Below, one piece after another: positions 18,827 through 28,347 of a stretch of DNA of 64,000 nucleotides (within the stretch, counting starts at the first letter, position 1; every line of letters starts with the position of its first letter). The position numbers and the translations under genes were made by a program. The notes beneath the pieces are model-generated. The model did not search any database, had not been told where the DNA came from, and was given only the letters and a program-made list of their open reading frames with translations. Source of the DNA: a virus (lineage: Duplodnaviria; Caudoviricetes); IMG/VR virus record IMGVR_UViG_3300022562_001605, positions 1-64,000 of that record; one strand, 5' to 3'.

Positions 18827-19447
18827 ATGATGAATGAAAAAGTAAAACAATTCTTAAAAACAACACAAGAAGAAATGTCAGCAGCAGGTGTAAGGATGCT
18901 AATGGAGAAAGACAAGTCTCACGTATTAGCAGACGGAATCGAATGTAATGGATATTTTGATGATTCGCCGCTAGAATTTGCAGTAGGTATGGATAAACCA
19001 TTTGGACAATGGTTTTCTGTTTACGTACATGAATATTGTCATTTTACACAATTGCGTGATAAAAGTTCAGTATGGGCGGCGTCACATGTAAAGGGCGACG
19101 AAAAATTTTGGGAAATGTGGTTTGATAAAAAACAACCGTATCCACAAGAAGTGATTGATAGATATGTTTTACCTCTTTTAGAAGTTGAAGCGGATTGCGA
19201 ACGTCGCGCATTGAAAATACATAGGGAGAATCCCGAATTTGGCATTGACCCAGATGTATATGCACAAAAAGCGAACTCCTATATTCACTTTTATAATTAT
19301 GTTCGTTTATTTCGTAAATGGTATACACCGCACAAAGAACCTTATAATATTAAAGAGGTTTGGACACAATTTAATATAGACATTGATGATGATTTTGAAG
19401 TATCGTATGAATATATTGATTTGTATAAAAAATATTGCATAGATTAG
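18827..19447 (+). CDS. zincin-like metallopeptidase
   Basis: HEYCH (HExxH) plus downstream EADCE..A third-ligand motif. Confidence 0.65.
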   Translation: MMNEKVKQFLKTTQEEMSAAGVRMLMEKDKSHVLADGIECNGYFDDSPLEFAVGMDKPFGQWFSVYVHEYCHFTQLRDKSSVWAASHVKGDEKFWEMWFDKKQPYPQEVIDRYVLPLLEVEADCERRALKIHRENPEFGIDPDVYAQKANSYIHFYNYVRLFRKWYTPHKEPYNIKEVWTQFNIDIDDDFEVSYEYIDLYKKYCID

Positions 19448-19459
19448 AGGTATATAAAA

Positions 19460-19675
19460 ATGAAATTAATTTTAAGTCCTAAAGATAATTTAGGTAAAAT
19501 GATATTAGATGGCGTAGCAGCATTCGCATTAGAAGGTGACACACTTCTTGTTGTTTTTGAAAATGGAAGAACACGAAACTATCCACTTATCCATTTGTGG
19601 TATTATGAAAGTCATGTTGATTACCACAAAACTGCACCATTAGTTCAATCAGATGAAATTCTAGTAGAAGGTTAA
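19460..19675 (+). CDS. hypothetical protein
   Basis: GAGG SD. Confidence 0.55.
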   Translation: MKLILSPKDNLGKMILDGVAAFALEGDTLLVVFENGRTRNYPLIHLWYYESHVDYHKTAPLVQSDEILVEG

Positions 19676-19679
19676 TCAT

Positions 19680-20288
19680 ATGTCTAATAAAAAAGATACA
19701 GGAGTTACTCCGGCAGCATTGTTGGCAGCACTTATGGGCGACTTAGGAAATGCGGCTGTGGCTATGCGACCTGGTGGGATTGAAGCGCAAGAGGCACAGG
19801 GTCAAAAAGACTTTGTGGCGTCGGAAACGTTACCGCGCTTATGTCCACGGGCAGAACTAGAACATCTCGGTTTCGTTTTCGGTCAAGACGCAGATGAAAC
19901 TTTTGTTTATGTTACTTTTCCCGAAGGATGGAAAAAGGTACCAACCGATCATTCTATGTGGTCAGATTTATTAGATGATAAAGATCGTAAACGTGCTGCA
20001 ATATTTTTCAAGGCAGCATTCTACGATTATCATGCGGAAATGGATTTGACCCCTCGCTTTTCTTATAGTAGAGTTTATGACAACCACGATGAATATATTA
20101 AGGGTCAGATTCAATGGTATGTCGCCGATGGGAATGATATCATTTTTAGAACTGATCCTTTAAAATTTGAAAAAGAATACGATGAGGAATGGTTTAAATT
20201 GGATGGTAATGCAAGTAAGTTAGCACGGTCTTGGTTAGATAAAAATTATCCCGAATGGGAAAATCCTATGGCATATTGGGAGGATTGA
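19680..20288 (+). CDS. hypothetical phage protein
   Basis: PGGIEAQEAQGQ, TDHSMWSDL..RAAIFFKAAFYD; 202 aa. Confidence 0.7.
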   Translation: MSNKKDTGVTPAALLAALMGDLGNAAVAMRPGGIEAQEAQGQKDFVASETLPRLCPRAELEHLGFVFGQDADETFVYVTFPEGWKKVPTDHSMWSDLLDDKDRKRAAIFFKAAFYDYHAEMDLTPRFSYSRVYDNHDEYIKGQIQWYVADGNDIIFRTDPLKFEKEYDEEWFKLDGNASKLARSWLDKNYPEWENPMAYWED

Positions 20289-20512
20289 TGACTGTTGTAA
20301 ATAATGAACATGATACTAATATTCCCGGGTGTTTAACCTGTCATGTACCAATGACAGATATTATAAAAATGCATGACTTATCCATGGAAGCATTGAAACC
20401 AAAAGTCACATTTACTGGTGACATGAAGGAAATGTCACAGGAAGCGTCAAATATAGCTTTGCGTAATTTACAGACTATTGAAGAAATGCTAAGAAAGATA
20501 TCAAATATTTAA
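20288..20512 (+). CDS. hypothetical protein
   Basis: GGAGG SD before ATG 20288. Confidence 0.5.
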   Translation: MTVVNNEHDTNIPGCLTCHVPMTDIIKMHDLSMEALKPKVTFTGDMKEMSQEASNIALRNLQTIEEMLRKISNI

Positions 20513-20763
20513 TTTACTTTTTTAGCATCTAATGATTTAAGTATTACTATTACCTGTGCATATATTTCTGGTGTTAGTACTTCTTCATTAATGCGCAGAC
20601 ATGGCTGACCATCAAGCAACACAGGAATTAATCCATTGTTATATTGAAGTCTTTTATCTTTACCAAATGTTGACGCTAACAAAGCAATTCGTTCTGCCCA
20701 GTTACTTGGGCGAACTTTCTTTCCAGCATTGGTAATGCCAGAATAAAATTCGTATTTTTCCAT
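20509..20763 (-). CDS. DUF3579-like protein
   Basis: GITNAGKKVRPSNWAERI...RLQY...CLRI resembles the FRPSDWAERL signature. Confidence 0.6.
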   Translation of the reverse strand: MEKYEFYSGITNAGKKVRPSNWAERIALLASTFGKDKRLQYNNGLIPVLLDGQPCLRINEEVLTPEIYAQVIVILKSLDAKKVN

Positions 20764-20764
20764 T

Positions 20765-21484
20765 TTACCAAATTATAGTTGATGTTGTACCCGCTGCAAG
20801 TCTATCCTTGGCAACTTCGTAATATTCGTTGTCCTTTTCAATACAGATATATTGGCGATTTAAATCACGTGCTGCAACGGCTGTAGTTCCCGAACCAGCA
20901 AATCCATCAAATACAACATCGTCAGTTTTTGAATGCTTTTCTATACATTGTTTGATTAAATCAAGTGGTTTTTGGTTTTGATGTAATTGATTAACACCAA
21001 CAACCTTATCAAACATCCACACGTCCTGAATACGCTTTCCTTGGATTGGTGCTTCACCTTTATTAACTAAAATAATAAATTCGTGTTTTTTGCCGAACGC
21101 ATATCGCAAATCACCAGCTGTATGGTTATTTTTCACCCATACAATAATGTTTCGAATTGAAAAATACTTTTCCAGTTCTGTAACAAAATAAGCGACTTTA
21201 TTTGAATTACAAAACATATACATTGCAGTATCAGGTTTCATAATTCTGTAACATTCAGCAATATATTTACTGATTAGTTCTGGATCATCATCGCCTTCAA
21301 TCGTCGTTTCAAACTTATGTTGTACGGGATCTTTATTAACGTCGTATTTATTAGGTTTTCCGTTACGACGGCCGGTCTTATAATCCATAAGATATGGTGG
21401 ATCTGTTACTATAAGATCCACAGATTCATCATCCATTGCGGACATGTAATTTAAACAATCATCATGAATCAATTCTTCTATCAT
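20765..21484 (-). CDS. DNA amino-methyltransferase (N6-A/N4-C, beta class)
   Basis: IVTDPPY, HQNQKPLDL, VFDGFAGSGTT. Confidence 0.92.
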   Translation of the reverse strand: MIEELIHDDCLNYMSAMDDESVDLIVTDPPYLMDYKTGRRNGKPNKYDVNKDPVQHKFETTIEGDDDPELISKYIAECYRIMKPDTAMYMFCNSNKVAYFVTELEKYFSIRNIIVWVKNNHTAGDLRYAFGKKHEFIILVNKGEAPIQGKRIQDVWMFDKVVGVNQLHQNQKPLDLIKQCIEKHSKTDDVVFDGFAGSGTTAVAARDLNRQYICIEKDNEYYEVAKDRLAAGTTSTIIW

Positions 21485-21530
21485 AAATCAATAACCTTTA
21501 TTCTGTATTTCTTACGAATGTGTTCTGGAA

Positions 21531-21809
21531 TTAAATTGAAGTCCAGGTGCGATATCCGGCTGCAATGCCTGTATCGCTAGGTTCTTTTTTAGGTTTTTCG
21601 TTATATTTTTCCATTACTTCTTTTAAACAATATTTAAAACATGTATCCCAACCTTTACCATCACCTGCGGTTGATATACCAGTAGTTAAGAATTCGTGTG
21701 CCTGTTTGATAGCGCGTTCAGATTCCCAAATACATATCCACGATAGGGCGTCCAACAACGTCGGTTCTTCACATGCGCGTTCTACGGCTTCTGTAAATTT
21801 AAGAGGCAT
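21531..21809 (-). CDS. hypothetical protein
   Basis: Start re-called to MPLKF, overlapping the MazG stop. Confidence 0.5.
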   Translation of the reverse strand: MPLKFTEAVERACEEPTLLDALSWICIWESERAIKQAHEFLTTGISTAGDGKGWDTCFKYCLKEVMEKYNEKPKKEPSDTGIAAGYRTWTSI

Positions 21810-22095
21810 TGTGATGTAAAAAATCCTGTATACTTGTGGATTTTCGTTCTGACCAATTAGAAATTTCATATCTATCAAGGTCTTCATTATCTGTGAGCAT
21901 TTCTATAGCAAAAATTACATCACCAAGTTCGCGTTCAAGCATTTGACGGTTATTTGGACCTTCTTCAAAAGGGTTTACGCTTGCATAACCATGGCGTAAA
22001 ATTTTTCCAATCGCCTGTTGCGCTTCACCTAATTCTTCAAGTAAAATAGCAAGACGTTCTGCTTCTGCGGGGGTTAATTGGTTAAAATGTTTCAT
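21799..22095 (-). CDS. MazG-like nucleotide pyrophosphohydrolase
   Basis: LLEELGEAQQAIGKILRHG...ERELGDV ExxE/ExxD motif. Confidence 0.8.
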   Translation of the reverse strand: MKHFNQLTPAEAERLAILLEELGEAQQAIGKILRHGYASVNPFEEGPNNRQMLERELGDVIFAIEMLTDNEDLDRYEISNWSERKSTSIQDFLHHNAS

Positions 22096-22121
22096 GAATA
22101 TTTCCTATTATTATAGTTATC

Positions 22122-22155
22122 TTGACATTATATATAATTTTTGATAATATGTCAA
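22122..22155. promoter_or_regulatory. overlapping bidirectional sigma70 promoter pair
   Basis: Plus: TTGACA(22122)-17-TAATAT(22145). Minus: TTGACA(22155-22150)-17-TATAAT(22132-22127). Confidence 0.8.
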
Positions 22156-22185
22156 GTTGATAAAAATAAAAAAGGATTATAGTAG

Positions 22186-22866
22186 ATGCGAAATGAAGAA
22201 TTATATAACCTATATGTACGGCAGCGCAAGTGGTCTGATGATGTAATCCAACAAGCCATAGAAATTATAATAGATCAATTTGATCTTGATCTTAGTGAAT
22301 GGCAGATAGAAGAAACTAGCATTTTTGAAGATACAAAACTTTGTGGTGACCTCAAAATCTTTAACGGTAAACGCGAATATATGATAGGGCATAGATGCCG
22401 CACTGAAGAAATCATGGAACAATATCCTGTAGATGTCACCGTACGCTATTTAAACAAATTTGGTCACAAAACAGAATTCGCTAAAATTATGGAAGGGAAA
22501 GGTGATTTTAATTTGTACGATTTTCATATAAATGGCAATGTTGTAAGATGGGTTTTAATGGATTTACATGCATTTAGAAAGGCACACACATATAACTATA
22601 TGTCTAAAAAATGGGAGGCTGCCGAACCTATCAAATTTACAGTAGAAAGTAACAAACATGAAGAAGATACGGATTTTAGAGCTTATAAAATGACATCAAT
22701 ACTTGAATATGATAAACTTGTAGATCCTGAAGATAGGATAATAATTTCCCATAGTCCTGGCTATTTTGAGGATATATTAACGCACGAAACATATCTTTAT
22801 GGTAAAACGTTCATAAGTTATAGCATGAAGGAAAAACAACATAGGATAGATCAAGTTGGAAAATAA
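22186..22866 (+). CDS. hypothetical protein, possibly PD-(D/E)xK nuclease-like
   Basis: DTKLCGDL..IGHRCR..DVTVRY..KTEFAKIMEGKGDFNLY. Confidence 0.45.
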   Translation: MRNEELYNLYVRQRKWSDDVIQQAIEIIIDQFDLDLSEWQIEETSIFEDTKLCGDLKIFNGKREYMIGHRCRTEEIMEQYPVDVTVRYLNKFGHKTEFAKIMEGKGDFNLYDFHINGNVVRWVLMDLHAFRKAHTYNYMSKKWEAAEPIKFTVESNKHEEDTDFRAYKMTSILEYDKLVDPEDRIIISHSPGYFEDILTHETYLYGKTFISYSMKEKQHRIDQVGK

Positions 22867-23158
22867 AAAACGCGAATGGATTTATATTCATAAACCAGAT
22901 GCATATGATATCGCATGTGACGTATGTGGTGGAACCCACATACACTGGTCCGAATACGAAGGTAAGATTTGGTGCTATGATTGTGAAATTGACACGCCAG
23001 GAACTGGTGGAATATTTGATGGTCCAGTCCCTCTGAATCTTTGTATGATGATGGGAATTCGTTTTGACCGCATAAGATTATCAGACCAGAAATTACTTAA
23101 AATGATAAAAAATGAAGATGGTACATTAAATTGGGTTGAAACTACCGATGAAGATTGA
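22856..23158 (+). CDS. zinc-finger protein
   Basis: CDVCGG...WCYDC. Confidence 0.6.
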   Translation: MENKKREWIYIHKPDAYDIACDVCGGTHIHWSEYEGKIWCYDCEIDTPGTGGIFDGPVPLNLCMMMGIRFDRIRLSDQKLLKMIKNEDGTLNWVETTDED

Positions 23159-23684
23159 GCGCATATGGGCAATGCCTAATAAAAATACTTTTATCATTCC
23201 GCCCATCAAATCACTCATATTACAATATTGTAGTGGGTATTCTATAGACCCATTTGCGAATATTAACAAGCTGGCATTAGTCACAAACGATATTGATCCT
23301 AATTATCCAACAGATTATCATATGGATGCTTTAGATTTCTTAAAAAGGTTTAAAGATGAAGAAGTCGATTGTGTTTTATATGATCCACCATATTCTCCAC
23401 GCCAAGTTACAGAAGTTTACACAAAAATGGGAATGACAGTAAACATGGAAACAACACAAGCTGCGTTTTGGTCAAATATGAAAAAAGAAATTGGAAGAAT
23501 TACAAAAATTGATGGAATTGTTATTAGTTGTGGTTGGAATTCTGGTGGAGTTGGTAAAAAATACGGTTTTGAATTGTTAGAAGTGCTTTTGGTTCCACAT
23601 GGAGGCCAACATAACGATACAATTGTTACAGTGGAACGTAAAAATCGTAAAATGTATAAGAGTGATGAAACTTTAATAGACTAA
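23148..23684 (+). CDS. small phage DNA adenine methyltransferase-like protein
   Basis: WAMPNKNTF, SIDPFAN, VLYDPPYSPRQ, CGWNSGG, HGGQHNDTI. Confidence 0.75.
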   Translation: MKIERIWAMPNKNTFIIPPIKSLILQYCSGYSIDPFANINKLALVTNDIDPNYPTDYHMDALDFLKRFKDEEVDCVLYDPPYSPRQVTEVYTKMGMTVNMETTQAAFWSNMKKEIGRITKIDGIVISCGWNSGGVGKKYGFELLEVLLVPHGGQHNDTIVTVERKNRKMYKSDETLID

Positions 23685-23732
23685 TTTTGGTCTATTAATC
23701 AATTTTTTTATAGTTAATAGACGATTTTTAAG

Positions 23733-24005
23733 CTATTGTAGATCGCGAAGTGAATTATAACGGTACAATGGTGCAACATATTCGCGTCCGAGCATATTTT
23801 CAACTGTAAAATCTTCTTGTTCTACGATTCCTTCTGCAACCAAAGCGCGTAAAGCTGGTCCGGCAATGTCCCAATCCTTAATTCCCTTGACAGCACAGTG
23901 CCAATTTACAAATTTTCCGTGGTGACTTTCTTTTAAATTGGAAATTATGATGATTTTTGCTTCTTCGGCTGTCATTTTCTGAAATAAGTAAACAACTTCA
24001 CCCAT
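23733..24005 (-). CDS. hypothetical winged-helix-like protein
   Basis: ALRALVAEGIV; 90 aa. Confidence 0.45.
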   Translation of the reverse strand: MGEVVYLFQKMTAEEAKIIIISNLKESHHGKFVNWHCAVKGIKDWDIAGPALRALVAEGIVEQEDFTVENMLGREYVAPLYRYNSLRDLQ

Positions 24006-24230
24006 TTTTAGTCCTCAAAAAGAATTTTCAAACTGTCCATAACCCATATCAACACAATTTTTAAGAAATTTATCTATCATTTGTTGATTCGGACACTGTA
24101 AGTAGATATCCATGGGTTGTATTTTATCATTTTTTGTGATAACATCATCAAGGGTGAGGTCATTTTCACAATTTAGTACGAAATTGTTGCTCATAGCAAG
24201 ATTTCACCTTTAAAAATTAATAATATAACA

Positions 24231-24259
24231 AATATAACCCATAAAAAGACAAAAGTCAA
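24231..24259 (-). promoter_or_regulatory. sigma70 promoter
   Basis: TTGACT-17-TATATT upstream of a 59 aa ORF (24194-24015). Confidence 0.6.
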
Positions 24260-24298
24260 GCCTTTTAGGTTATAAAAAATAAAAATAAGGTTAAAATT

Positions 24299-24583
24299 AT
24301 GAAAAAATCGATATTTTTGGCATTTTTACTGGCTATTTTCACAAACGGCGCACAGGCGTGGGAACACGACCTAGAATTAGCAACTGTAGTGTTAAATTCT
24401 GCAAATGTATCATATTTGCTGAATTTAAAAGACGATGGCATCCATGTAAGCACTTTTGGCTACAAGATACCCGCAGAAACATGTGAATTTTTGATTAAAA
24501 AGGGTGTTAATGTGAACGATGTTATAGATTATTCACTCGATAACGAAACGCATACAGTCGTTAAAAGTTTTACACGTTGTTAG
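24299..24583 (+). CDS. secreted hypothetical protein
   Basis: Classic signal peptide MKKSIFLAFLLAIFTNGAQA. Confidence 0.65.
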   Translation: MKKSIFLAFLLAIFTNGAQAWEHDLELATVVLNSANVSYLLNLKDDGIHVSTFGYKIPAETCEFLIKKGVNVNDVIDYSLDNETHTVVKSFTRC

Positions 24584-25082
24584 CTGACAGTTTTCGTTCA
24601 GATGCAAGCTTTTTGTTCATAATAGGCTCAATTCGCGTCTGAATTTGTTTAGTGAATGCTTCAATGTGGTGTGGATCTTCTACAACTTTTAATGCATTAG
24701 CTAAAAAAGTTTTAAGTGAAGGTGAACGTCCAATATCGCGTAGACGATGTAAAGCAGCATTACTCGCGTTCTTTTCTTGACCACCGGCCATGTAAAGAAG
24801 GGTGCCAAAATCGCCCTTTTCGTCAAGCGCATCTGCTAAATCAGGGTTTGAAATTGCAGAAAGTGCAGCCAATATCTGTGCCACATCTTGTTTTTTTGCA
24901 GGATTAAGTTTACCAGCCGTTACACTACTTCTTACTTTAGTCAACCATGAAGAAATTGCTTCATTAAGCTGATCAGTCCCTGTTGAAAGATATTTTGTCA
25001 ATAAATCAATATTTTTATTGATGTTTTCGTCTTCTACAATAGTACGATTGGCTTGTTCATTAATTTGGAATAATAAATCCAT
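24570..25082 (-). CDS. hypothetical late protein
   Basis: Start re-called to MDLLFQ after GGAGA SD and AATAAATA (25106-25113). Confidence 0.65.
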   Translation of the reverse strand: MDLLFQINEQANRTIVEDENINKNIDLLTKYLSTGTDQLNEAISSWLTKVRSSVTAGKLNPAKKQDVAQILAALSAISNPDLADALDEKGDFGTLLYMAGGQEKNASNAALHRLRDIGRSPSLKTFLANALKVVEDPHHIEAFTKQIQTRIEPIMNKKLASERKLSANNV

Positions 25083-25111
25083 TATAAATCTCCCTGATAT
25101 GGAAGTATTTA

Positions 25112-25303
25112 TTATCTGGTCATCGCACGGGCCATTGTTTCTGCTGAACGAAATCCATTTGCCCAACTTTCAAATAAGCTTCTCTCGTCTTCTTCGTTAT
25201 ATTGGTTTTTTGTAACAATTCCATTATCTTTTTGGTTGAAGAAAGCAGTCCAGCCTTCATGGTATGCGTGTTCTTCTGCTGTGGGTTTTAGAATACTAGT
25301 CAT
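25112..25303 (-). CDS. ribosome-modulation-factor-like small protein
   Basis: AYHEGWTAF...NQY..E..FESWANGF resembles the Rmf-like pattern. Confidence 0.4.
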   Translation of the reverse strand: MTSILKPTAEEHAYHEGWTAFFNQKDNGIVTKNQYNEEDERSLFESWANGFRSAETMARAMTR

Positions 25304-25314
25304 GAATCACCTTT

Positions 25315-25698
25315 TCAATCATCTAACAAGCTCTTACTTGCTAATTTTTTTAAACTATTTTTAGCAGGATTTTCCTTTTCATCCGCCGGTATTTTAGCTT
25401 CATGCAAAGTTATATTTATTTCTTCCTTGTCAATTTTTAAATCTTTTGTCCATTTTAACGTATTATCTGGATTGTAATGTTTCCAAACTATACAAGTAGA
25501 TTCCCTATATTTCTTATCAAGTATACGATATAAAACTATACCAAGAAAGGCACCTAACGAAGCACCAAGTAAGTTGGTACCATCGAACGCAACTCCTATA
25601 AAAATTACTACCATAAGTGCAAGACAAAGGCTTGTTCCTGTAGCTACAAAAAGATACAGTAAAGCCATATTAAAATCGTCTTTGATAGACTTACTCAT
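25315..25698 (-). CDS. 2-TM membrane protein
   Basis: Two hydrophobic helices. Confidence 0.6.
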   Translation of the reverse strand: MSKSIKDDFNMALLYLFVATGTSLCLALMVVIFIGVAFDGTNLLGASLGAFLGIVLYRILDKKYRESTCIVWKHYNPDNTLKWTKDLKIDKEEINITLHEAKIPADEKENPAKNSLKKLASKSLLDD

Positions 25699-25700
25699 TG

Positions 25701-25940
25701 TTAACCCTTTTTGTTGCGTTCGCTTCTTTCGCGAATTAATCTTAATGCTTCGAAGGGTTCAAGCGTTGCTAATCTATCAACCCAATCTGCATGTTCTTGT
25801 TTATTCTTTTCTATTTCTTTATGAAGATTTTCAACTTTTGCGGAAAGTTCTTTATTATTCTTGCTTAATCCTGCTGTAGTACCATAAAGGATTATAACCG
25901 ATATAATACATATTACACAAAAAACACCCAACATCCACAT
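25701..25940 (-). CDS. membrane-anchored coiled-coil protein
   Basis: N-terminal TM then coiled coil. Confidence 0.55.
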   Translation of the reverse strand: MWMLGVFCVICIISVIILYGTTAGLSKNNKELSAKVENLHKEIEKNKQEHADWVDRLATLEPFEALRLIRERSERNKKG

Positions 25941-25942
25941 AA

Positions 25943-26317
25943 TTAATTTACCAATCCCAATGCTTCTTTATCTTCGTCGTTTAATTTAGCCAGCGCTTTT
26001 TGACGTTTCTTTTCTAAAATATAACTATTGAACGATTCGTTTTCAACAACAGATGTGAAAGTTTCAACAAATAGTGCCACTGGTTTATAACCGAAGTGTT
26101 TGGTGGTAGGTGAATTTATAGCTTCTTCTAAAAGAGCTACCAATTTTTCTTCATTGTCTACAACTGTTGATTTGGTTAAATCCCCCCATGTTCCGTTTCC
26201 AGAACGTGAATAGTAAACATATCCATCTTGTCGTGCATACATTTTACTATCATCGTTTGCATAAGCACCGATAACGTATCCGCTATCGACGCGTCTGTAC
26301 ATTCCAGTAGTATCCAT
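25943..26317 (-). CDS. hypothetical protein
   Basis: GAGG SD; C-terminal ALAKLNDEDKEALGL. Confidence 0.6.
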   Translation of the reverse strand: MDTTGMYRRVDSGYVIGAYANDDSKMYARQDGYVYYSRSGNGTWGDLTKSTVVDNEEKLVALLEEAINSPTTKHFGYKPVALFVETFTSVVENESFNSYILEKKRQKALAKLNDEDKEALGLVN

Positions 26318-26325
26318 TTATTGCC

Positions 26326-26610
26326 TCATCTATCAAAAAGTGGTTCGTCGCGTTGTTCACGCGTATCACGCATACCAGTATTCCATGGATCATTTATTTC
26401 TTTAACTTCAATTCCACGACCAAATGGATCTGGTGTTTCGAGTTTTTCCTGTTCCAGGCGCAACCGTTCATCTATTTTATCTTGTATCGCACGTGCACGC
26501 TCTTTAATAGCACGTTGTTTATTACGGTTAATAACGTAATAAACAATGCTTGATGCAACGATCAAAATACCTACGAAAATAGTAGTGTTTAAATATAGTG
26601 CATTCATCAT
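26326..26610 (-). CDS. membrane-anchored hypothetical protein
   Basis: Start re-called after AGGTG SD; AATAAATA at 26680-26687. Confidence 0.55.
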   Translation of the reverse strand: MMNALYLNTTIFVGILIVASSIVYYVINRNKQRAIKERARAIQDKIDERLRLEQEKLETPDPFGRGIEVKEINDPWNTGMRDTREQRDEPLFDR

Positions 26611-26722
26611 TTTCACCTGATTTGTTAATAACAATACCAATATATCACACCGTTGACCTATTAGCAAGTAAAAATAACCTATTTATTCAAATAATATTGT
26701 TAATATTATCAATAAGTTAGGA

Positions 26723-27178
26723 TTATTTTGCGTCGTCGGTGCTATTTTCCTCGTGCATATTAACAATATCCACATATCCTTGGCATATTCTATGAACTTC
26801 AATTTTTGCAGCCATATATCCACTAATACCTATTAATACATATGCATTGGCGAATGCTGCCACAGTTGATAAAAGTGTCCAACTAAAAGACAATTGTAAG
26901 TCTGGTAGTGAAATATAGAGAAGCATTAACATATTAGCTACAAATGTTGAAAATATAATATACAACATACTTCTTGCACTAGTAATATAACTTCTTAATT
27001 CGGGTGCATCGTTTTCGACTATTTCATCTATAGCGGGTATATCATTTTTTTCCAATAAAAAATTGTATGCGTATCTTAGATAATCCAATCCACCACTGGT
27101 GAAATATAGAACATGGCTCACGTAAAAAAATACGAGAACGTTCATTATACTTAAACCTACTATAATCCAAAACATCAT
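26723..27178 (-). CDS. multi-TM membrane protein
   Basis: Three hydrophobic segments. Confidence 0.6.
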   Translation of the reverse strand: MMFWIIVGLSIMNVLVFFYVSHVLYFTSGGLDYLRYAYNFLLEKNDIPAIDEIVENDAPELRSYITSARSMLYIIFSTFVANMLMLLYISLPDLQLSFSWTLLSTVAAFANAYVLIGISGYMAAKIEVHRICQGYVDIVNMHEENSTDDAK

Positions 27179-27507
27179 TCTAATCTCAACCGTAGAATTA
27201 ATGGCGTTACATTTGTAGATATCACATCATATTTTTCAAGCTTTAATATGATTGGTAACTGACTGTCCAGTTCAAATACATCGTCCGTTTTCATGGAAAC
27301 GCCTTTTACAAAAGATTTTATTTGATTCCATTCCAATTCTGTATATCCAGTACCCATTTGTATATGAACGTTAGCTTTTGACTTATTCTTCATTGTTACT
27401 TCAAAAGTCATATGTGACGTTTTATTAGATTCATTTAATATTGCGCCTGCAAGTATAAGCAACCCTGCGGCCAAAACAATATACCAATAAGTTTTAGACT
27501 TATTCAA
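27175..27507 (-). CDS. membrane-anchored hypothetical protein
   Basis: N-terminal TM. Confidence 0.55.
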   Translation of the reverse strand: MNKSKTYWYIVLAAGLLILAGAILNESNKTSHMTFEVTMKNKSKANVHIQMGTGYTELEWNQIKSFVKGVSMKTDDVFELDSQLPIILKLEKYDVISTNVTPLILRLRLE

Positions 27508-27926
27508 CGTTCTGCCCTTATAACAATGCGTTTAAAAAATATTACAGCCCTTTTAATATTCGGCAATTTTTGTAATTCTGCTTCTGCCAATGCACGCTCA
27601 TTAGAAAAGTATTTTGAAACTACTTCACGTACTTGTGATTTTGATTTCATGAAACTACTTTTAGCTGGTTTTAATTGATATTCTATAACGACCACAACAT
27701 CGTTTGCATCTTTAAGCATAGCTTCAATAGGCGCGGCATTTTCATAAAGAAATGGTTCATGTGTTGTGGGTCTGGTGTTTACCATTGGCGGTTGTGTATT
27801 TGAAGCAATAGTAGTCAGCGCCATGAAACTAACTAAACACGCGAGCATACTAACCATAATAGCAAATATGGATAGGGATCTAAGCTTTATAACATTATCT
27901 GACGCTGACATCGCGTTTACCCCCAT
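27504..27926 (-). CDS. membrane-anchored hypothetical protein
   Basis: N-terminal TM. Confidence 0.55.
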   Translation of the reverse strand: MGVNAMSASDNVIKLRSLSIFAIMVSMLACLVSFMALTTIASNTQPPMVNTRPTTHEPFLYENAAPIEAMLKDANDVVVVIEYQLKPAKSSFMKSKSQVREVVSKYFSNERALAEAELQKLPNIKRAVIFFKRIVIRAER

Positions 27927-28305
27927 GAATAATACATTTAAGGTCTATAATACGTTGCTTACAACCAAACAAATCATCGTTGTCTTGTTTTGGGCATGTA
28001 CATTTAGGAACATCATACCAACGATGGTAATCTTTATTTGGTTCAAATCTCCACAGCGTTTGCTGGAGATATTCCAATTCTTCAAATTTTGCGGCATACT
28101 GTCGCAGCAATTCTGGATCTTCTGTTAATTCCATCATACCAAATAGGTAATATCTGGTTATATGTGATATTTTTAATAATTCTATTTCTAGTCCAATAAG
28201 TTTTTGCTTTCTTACCAGCATGGAATTAAGTGATGTGATATAAGTACCGTCACTTAGTTTTACCTCTAAGTTTTCTGGACTATAAATTTCATTTTCATCT
28301 ATCAT
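27895..28305 (-). CDS. hypothetical protein with Cys/His C-terminus
   Basis: HRWYDVPKCTCPKQDN..CIIHG. Confidence 0.6.
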   Translation of the reverse strand: MIDENEIYSPENLEVKLSDGTYITSLNSMLVRKQKLIGLEIELLKISHITRYYLFGMMELTEDPELLRQYAAKFEELEYLQQTLWRFEPNKDYHRWYDVPKCTCPKQDNDDLFGCKQRIIDLKCIIHGGKRDVSVR

Positions 28306-28347
28306 GGTTAATCCATTGGGTGCCCATATTAATGGGCACCATGTTGG

